Part shown: piece after piece, positions 9,301 through 10,802 of the stretch | Layout of the letters: every line of letters begins with the position of its first letter | Position numbering within the stretch: the first letter of the stretch is position 1 | Assembly: GCA_046598045.1 (NCBI GenBank) | Contig: JBKJJJ010000062.1 | Location: 1 to 10,802 of the forward strand | DNA length: 10,802 bases | Direction: 5' to 3' | From: Candidatus Eiseniibacteriota bacterium | GTDB taxonomy: Bacteria > Eisenbacteria > RBG-16-71-46 > DASYSL01 | Translations under genes and position numbers: made by a program | Notes under the pieces: model-generated | Databases searched by the model: none | Told to the model about the DNA's origin: nothing | The model's input: only the letters and a program-made list of their open reading frames with translations

Positions 9301-10569
9301 GGTGATCGAGACGTCCGAGTTGTGCACGTAAACGGTCACCGGCGCGTGGGCCGGCAGGCTGTCGCTCAGCGCAAGCGTGCTGTCGATGATCGAGGCCCCG
9401 ACGTGGGCCAGTGCCTGATTGACGAACGTGCCGGCGAGCATCGGGAACGACACCTGGTAGACCAGGTCCCGGAAACCGAACGCGGGAATCGCCAGCGGCC
9501 CGAACCAGCGCAGCGACGGTCCCACCTGCGCGGGATCCGCGATCGGGACGCCGTCAAAGGTCGAGGTGCCGGCAATGTAGCTCGAGCTACCTGGCAGGAT
9601 GTCCTTGATGTCGTCGAGCGTCGAGCTCGCGCCGCCGGCGTTGCCGACGCGTACGGTGTAGGTCGCGATGCCGCCGTCGACGAGGTAGACGGGGGTCGCC
9701 GACTTCGTGAGCGTCAGGAGGCTCTGGGGCGGAGGGATGGGCGCGAAGCCGCCGTAGTTTCCGGTGTCGGTATGCTTGACGTTGGTGCCGCTGGCAAAGT
9801 AGCCGATCGGGGTCACCAGTGTGGGCGCGAACGTCGAGCCTGCAGCGCGCAGCGTGTAGACCGCGACATACCCCGTGTTCGAGGAACTGCCGGGCGTGAA
9901 GATCAGGCTGTCCGTGATCACGCCCGCGTTGGCGCTTCCCGACAGCGTGATCTGGGTCCCGATCATCTCGAACACGGTGGCCGGCCAGGAGAGGTCGCTG
10001 GCGGGCGTGAAGGCGAGAACCGGCGGGCTCCCGATGGTGCCGGTCTCGCCCGTGACGGTGATGGTCACGATGCCGCCGACCGCGGGCGGATTCGGTCCCG
10101 ACACGACGGTCGTCACCTTGTTGGCATTGGCGTTGATCGTGCTCTGGACGGACGAGAACGAGAAATTCTGCGTCAGCGCGGGCGCGGTGGGCGGCCGGCT
10201 GGCGAAGACGCGCACGACATGGCCCTGCGCCGAGGCGGTGGTCGTGGCTGCGCGCAGGTAGAAGTACGCCGTCTTGCGCTGGCCGGGCGCCATGGCGCCG
10301 AGCTGGCAGAAGCCGTCGTCCGTCGGGGCCAGCGTGACGACGCCCCCGGTGAAGCTCGTGATGTCGACCCAAACGTCCGCGATTGCGGAGCCACCCGTGT
10401 TGGTCACCTCGTAGGAGGCGTACATGCCCTGAAGGCTCGGATTGTTTCCCACGTCGTTGTAGAAGACCGGGGAGGAGGTGCGCTGGAGCGCGAATTGCGC
10501 GGAGGCCGCCTGGGGCAGCGCGACCAGGGAAATGACCAACAGCGCACGACGGAGCGCGGACAGAATCAC
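322..10569 (-). CDS. Giant (3415 aa) outer-membrane surface protein / putative fibrillar adhesin: signal peptide, 13 DUF11-type repeats, SdrD-B-like domain, Big_1-like domain, large beta-barrel, helical domain, OmpA-like domain
   Basis: Uninterrupted 10.2 kb ORF. GTG start has GGAGG 7 nt upstream. Recognisable motifs run throughout: PDLxxxK...YTLTVTNxG...DTLPAG...VxNxA...GDxxxxND repeats, and GHTDSRGSVEYNLALSKRRA...NRRV near the C-terminus. Confidence 0.95.
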   Translation of the reverse strand: MILSALRRALLVISLVALPQAASAQFALQRTSSPVFYNDVGNNPSLQGMYASYEVTNTGGSAIADVWVDITSFTGGVVTLAPTDDGFCQLGAMAPGQRKTAYFYLRAATTTASAQGHVVRVFASRPPTAPALTQNFSFSSVQSTINANANKVTTVVSGPNPPAVGGIVTITVTGETGTIGSPPVLAFTPASDLSWPATVFEMIGTQITLSGSANAGVITDSLIFTPGSSSNTGYVAVYTLRAAGSTFAPTLVTPIGYFASGTNVKHTDTGNYGGFAPIPPPQSLLTLTKSATPVYLVDGGIATYTVRVGNAGGASSTLDDIKDILPGSSSYIAGTSTFDGVPIADPAQVGPSLRWFGPLAIPAFGFRDLVYQVSFPMLAGTFVNQALAHVGASIIDSTLALSDSLPAHAPVTVYVHNSDVSITKGDAPDPIAPGDTLTYTLFVRAAGPDTAFSVSVLDTLPLGATFVSAVTSRGTVNEASGIVSAALGDFPADSTATITITVTTGGPQTLVNRAHAVSPIVDYVPGNNDAAATTTVAIPPTPDLELVKRASAATFLVGEIATYTLTLTNLGTQSTLGTITVVDTLPAGVTFVAGGGAGWSVSESGGIVTATRTASLAVPDSAQVVVQVRIGASAVPGIVNAARSSVFGDGNAANDTSSVATLVGGAPDLRMSKRHAGDFTVGQPAQYTLTVSNDGSLPTTGTITVLDTLPAGLSYVSGSGAGWAVTEAGGIVTGTYATALAAGDSASFTLNVAVSGAAVPFVINTAFASTPGDVGPGNDRGADSTRVFGIPDLQMVKRALGAPFTVGGTATYALTVTNVGSDATTSPITLTDSLAPGLLFLTGAGPGWIVNEALGTITASFASALAAGDSAAVTINLRVSAAAFPSVDNLAIAASPGDGSALNDSSRTATAVTSAPDVRLAKTHAGDFTVGQPGRYVVTLYNDGSEPTGGTITVLDTLPAGLTFVSGAGAGFSVIEAGGIVTGTFAAALAPGDSVSFTIDVAVAAAAFPGVTNAAVAAATGDVNGGNDRGLDPTVVLPAPVLAPELQMVKRALAAPFTVGALASYSLTVTNVGSGPTSNPITMTDALAAGLSYVGGSGAGWSVNEALGIVSAIHAGSLAAGDSAVVTMMVQVGAAAFPAVGNLAIAANLDDASAGNDSSRTTTPVSSAPDVRLVKTHAGDFTVGQPGQYKLTLYSEGSEATTGSVTVLDTLPAGLAFVSGAGAGWIVNEAGGIVTATHPGAIAPGDSAAFTIDVAVAAPAVPGVTNAAVVSAAGDVNGGNDRALDPTLVLPLAAAPDLQMVKRALGAPFTVGGGASYSLTVTNIGTGPTTGTITITDALASGFSFVSGAGTGWTVNEALGVVTAVHAGAIAAGDSAAVSLALLVLPMAAPSIGNLAIGSTVGDASAGNDSSSTLTPVNGAPDLRLAKSHAGSFTEGQVGQYALTVFNDGSLPTSGTITVRDTLPAGLSFVTGAGPGWTIVEAGGVVTATSAGPIAAAASDLFTIDVLVSAAAVPGVTNAAVASTPGDVGPGNDRAVDPTTVNAAAAAPDLALAKSHVGAFTVGAMGRYKVVVTNAGTAPTTGTITVVDSLPSGLTLIAGAGAGWSFVTSGSLVTATHAGPLAPADTLGFTLDVAVGAAALPAVINVAIAATPGDGNAANDRATDPTALLGSPDLALFKRHLGTLTVGTNGQYQIAVQNLGTAATAGTITVRDTLPASLGFVAAAGAGWSTSFAAGVVTATTAGPIAAGDSATFVLTVSVGAAAYPSVMNAAEVKVAGDLNPGNDRGSDLAAPAPALAASAVLALEKRASPTRVEPADIVNYTLVVRNLSISPLPFVVVRDTLPVGFRFASGTASINGTSVVDPAGAPGAALTFAIGTVPASGALTLRYRAFVGTAAVLGDGTNRALAENAGLGIRSNLARARVQVEGGVFSDEGVIAGKVWADCDCDSNRTQGAEELGVPGVRIYLEDGRSSITDVDGKYHFEAVAPRLHTVKLDRSTLPRGARLVAFETRDALDPGSKFADMKNGELARADFAVAGCDPTFTAELKARRELGEVRAAIMTGQPTLAANVEPGATRVLDGAPWAGEPAPESDDGAYFHLEPRRSLDAANSRVPDAPGTPGLLLGHAPRTPDALEISVPRRPAPADGRTLVPVTVRVPGMEPVLVTLDADLGTWQVADQDQGIDGIQTRVTRQATFLLVSPPSPGAATVRVTQVTDRRGPVTLDGLTGVREAEAALVFVPAAQPWLISGTIEGRYDGRSTRELELAPGQLRDRFEDAFGTVSWSNDDGTSRLGARGAMFARGSIGKGALATFRFDSEHAHGRRRFDDIRPDEGDPVFGDASIQGFEAQSTERLYGRIDKGRSYALFGDFMTGGLDPIRVLGAYTRGINGGRAHLEQEKAALDAFATHDRDRQVIDELPGRGISGPYPLSRRDGVLNSERVEIVTRDRNQPSVILERRTLVRFADYTIEPFTGRLLFRAPVASLDERLNPVSIRVSYEVEGGGDRFWTVGGSAHVRPVRRVELMGSYVREDDPLKQHEQFGAGATVELLPRTFATGEWAHTDSAGMLTANAFRGEIRHASRKLDLRGFGVRTDAGFDNPSSGYAAGRREFGGAGRYALDRRTSIAAEAVRTQDLVTGGRRTGASLAIDRRLSGTVTFGLGYRHGRESLIPAGGGPAVPTPNETDAARARLAAQFDKRASAYLEYEKNLGHGSSKRLELGADLRVTDHVRAYGRHEFLNSAAGPYAMNDIQAYNTTVLGFAADGKDDLSAFSEYRIRDAFAGRNAEAAIGLRDRLRISRSVRLVLAAERVSPLSGPGVTALASGLEWTGDPLTKGSLRLEYRTALSEDQWLASAGLARKLGPDWTGLLRSTWSWSPGLRRTVARDEIAIAVRETDVNRWNALGRIEHRLDDQELDPGFLSRHEVWLASTRLNLKASRPLTFTGRVASKWAFDEAQGRTLDGRGALASLRALYDLSQRLDVALSARSRFDGSFERRTDGLGAEVGFVLMKNLRLSGGYNAFGFHDPDFGSIERTDKGPFLAFGFKFDEGLFGGSKPAADPAPAAAAGVDVQRGAIVAVPRDALSGALEPMSDEAIAGDLRTIDSWRARIDALPDSVGRYGRAKARAWLDFARERYTSNDRTGDAGHALAIAVALGRALSASDSAAIDLASGATLKGGNGRGAALLANAAELHSHPGFHCAEEEVAQLEVELAWAAQESGECKTQPHLDQAKRLAEAARLKAEDCIKPVPVEAPPETPGAGPISPNAEIEEALSEIPSGIHFALNRNDLSPTSRSVISRIAAVLVKYPNVRVELEGHTDSRGSVEYNLALSKRRADAVEVGLVAAGVEAGRITATFAGKENLLNAEQDVRDLALNRRVDFKYFDQNGASIAARKQTGDLQVEQPARRRAPARRKSVTKHR
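439..747 (-). other. OmpA-like C-terminal peptidoglycan-binding domain
   Basis: IHFALNRNDL...VELEGHTDSRGSVEYNLALSKRRADAV...GVEAGRI...NRRVDF carries the hallmark GHTD, N-x2-LS-x2-RA and NRRV motifs of the OmpA/MotB/Pal family. Confidence 0.95.
850..1314 (-). other. Alpha-helical domain of unknown function between the barrel and the OmpA-like domain (predicted periplasmic)
   Basis: Ala/Glu/Arg/Leu-rich amphipathic helices (YGRAKARAWLDFARERYTSNDRT; CAEEEVAQLEVELAWA; HLDQAKRLAEAARLKAEDC) with 3 Cys. Pro/Ala-rich linkers flank it on both sides. Confidence 0.6.
1444..3840 (-). other. Predicted large outer-membrane beta-barrel region (about aa 2244-3042)
   Basis: Long series of alternating hydrophobic/polar strands rich in G, R and aromatics (e.g. 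VELMGSYVRE, FGAGATVEL, VTFGLGYRHG, LELGADLRV, LGAEVGFVL, LRLSGGYN). It ends in a beta-signal-like strand, GPFLAFGFKF. Confidence 0.75.
3853..4173 (-). other. Invasin/intimin Big_1-like Ig domain immediately before the barrel
   Basis: LEISVP...PADGRTLVPVTVRV...VTLDADLG...ATFLLVSPPSPGAATVRVT matches the ADG...VTV...G.ATV pattern of bacterial Ig group 1 domains. Confidence 0.55.
4465..4770 (-). other. SdrD-B-like / prealbumin-like domain with a probable Ca2+-binding loop
   Basis: GVIAGKVWADCDCDSNRTQGAEELGVPGVRIYL...TDVDGKYHF...HTVKL...ADFAV follows the G.VW.D.N.NG.QD.GE.G..GV.V.L...TD..G.Y.F consensus. Confidence 0.8.
4795..9720 (-). repeat. 13 tandem DUF11 ('conserved repeat domain', TIGR01451-like) Ig-like repeats of about 124-134 aa
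   Basis: Repeat starts on the minus strand are at 9720, 9318, 8946, 8571, 8199, 7824, 7440, 7065, 6684, 6309, 5928, 5556 and 5169. Each has DL/DV-x3-K (or an equivalent), a Y-x-L/V-x-V-x-N-x-G-like strand, D-T/S/A/I-L, and N-x-A. Exact DNA repeats occur at 8171-8199/6656-6684 (29 nt) and 7482-7509/6723-6750 (28 nt). Confidence 0.9.
9721..10497 (-). other. Non-repetitive N-terminal beta-rich region (about aa 25-283), putative distal adhesive tip
   Basis: Thr/Ser/Gly/aromatic-rich beta-strand sequence. The first half has an Ig-like signature (YEVTNTG...LGAMAPGQRKTAYFYL) but lacks the repeat's Lys/Asp/Asn triad pattern. Confidence 0.55.
10498..10569 (-). other. Sec/SPase I signal peptide (aa 1-24)
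   Basis: MILSALRR (basic n-region), ALLVISLVAL (h-region), PQAASA|Q (A-x-A cleavage site). No lipobox Cys. Confidence 0.85.
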
Positions 10570-10575
10570 GCGAGT

Positions 10576-10582
10576 ACCTCCA
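10576..10582 (-). promoter_or_regulatory. Shine-Dalgarno site of the giant gene
   Basis: Minus strand reads ...CCCTGGAGGTACTCGC-GTG, placing GGAGG 7 nt before the GTG start. Confidence 0.85.
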
Positions 10583-10713
10583 GGGGCTGCGCGCGCAAGC
10601 GCGCCGCTGAACGAGTGGGCCCGGACGACACGTTCGTCTGGCGCCTTCTGGATCTATCGGCATTGCAGGACGGAGTCCGGCACAGAATCGACGGGAGTGG
10701 GGCTGCATGAACG

Positions 10714-10748
10714 AAAAACGCCCGGTTCGCAGGTCGCGAACCGGGCGT
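10714..10748 (-). terminator. Intrinsic terminator of the upstream minus-strand gene
   Basis: Perfect 13-bp stem ACGCCCGGTTCGC (10718-10730) / GCGAACCGGGCGT (10736-10748) with a 5-nt loop. It is followed on the minus strand by TTTTCGTT and lies about 23 nt after a TAA. Confidence 0.88.
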
Positions 10749-10771
10749 CGGAGTCCTTGTGCGGCTTGTCG

Positions 10772-10802
10772 TTACTTGATCTTGAATGCTTTCCTGCCGG
10801 CG
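10772..10802 (-). CDS. Last codons of an unidentified upstream gene (...AGRKAFKIK*)
   Basis: Minus strand reads GCC GGC AGG AAA GCA TTC AAG ATC AAG TAA, directly followed by a terminator. Too short to identify. Confidence 0.5.
   Translation of the reverse strand, partial: AGRKAFKIK

Noticed and set aside
10290..10325. Lone Cys in GFCQLG as a thioester-domain (TED) reactive cysteine
   Set aside because: It sits inside an Ig-like 'LG.(L/M)APG' strand context. No TQxxxW-type Gln motif or helical TED subdomain is visible.
10540..10569. Twin-arginine (Tat) signal from 'LRRALL'
   Set aside because: Lacks the S/T-R-R-x-F-L-K consensus. The short n-region and the outer-membrane barrel cargo favour Sec export.
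328..10710. Many long antisense or alternate-frame ORFs (e.g. 4600..6222, 5111..6622, 6472..7737, 9025..10710, 9587..10708)
   Set aside because: Shadow ORFs expected opposite or within a high-GC gene with biased codon usage. Their translations are low-complexity and have no recognisable motifs, and their repetitiveness mirrors the real repeats.
10583..10713. Riboswitch (e.g. c-di-GMP) or structured leader upstream of the adhesin gene
   Set aside because: Only short GC hairpins (GACGA/TCGTC; GCGCGC/GCGCGC) expected by chance at this GC content. No GEMM or other aptamer consensus is recognisable.

Overview
GC-rich bacterial window almost entirely occupied by one apparently monocistronic minus-strand gene (322..10569, GTG start, 3415 aa). 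It encodes a giant predicted outer-membrane surface protein. From N to C it has: a Sec signal peptide, an uncharacterised ~260 aa beta-rich tip region, 13 tandem DUF11-type Ig-like repeats that all keep a Lys/Asp/Asn isopeptide-type triad, an SdrD-B-like domain, an invasin/Big_1-like domain, an ~800 aa predicted very large beta-barrel with an inserted soluble domain resembling a SprA motif, an alpha-helical domain, and an OmpA-like peptidoglycan-binding domain. Intrinsic terminators flank it on both sides, and partial neighbouring genes lie at both window edges. The main candidate novelty is a single-polypeptide, self-anchored (possibly self-translocating) fibrillar adhesin that fits none of the classical type V subtypes. 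All domain calls come from motif reading only; no searches were run.
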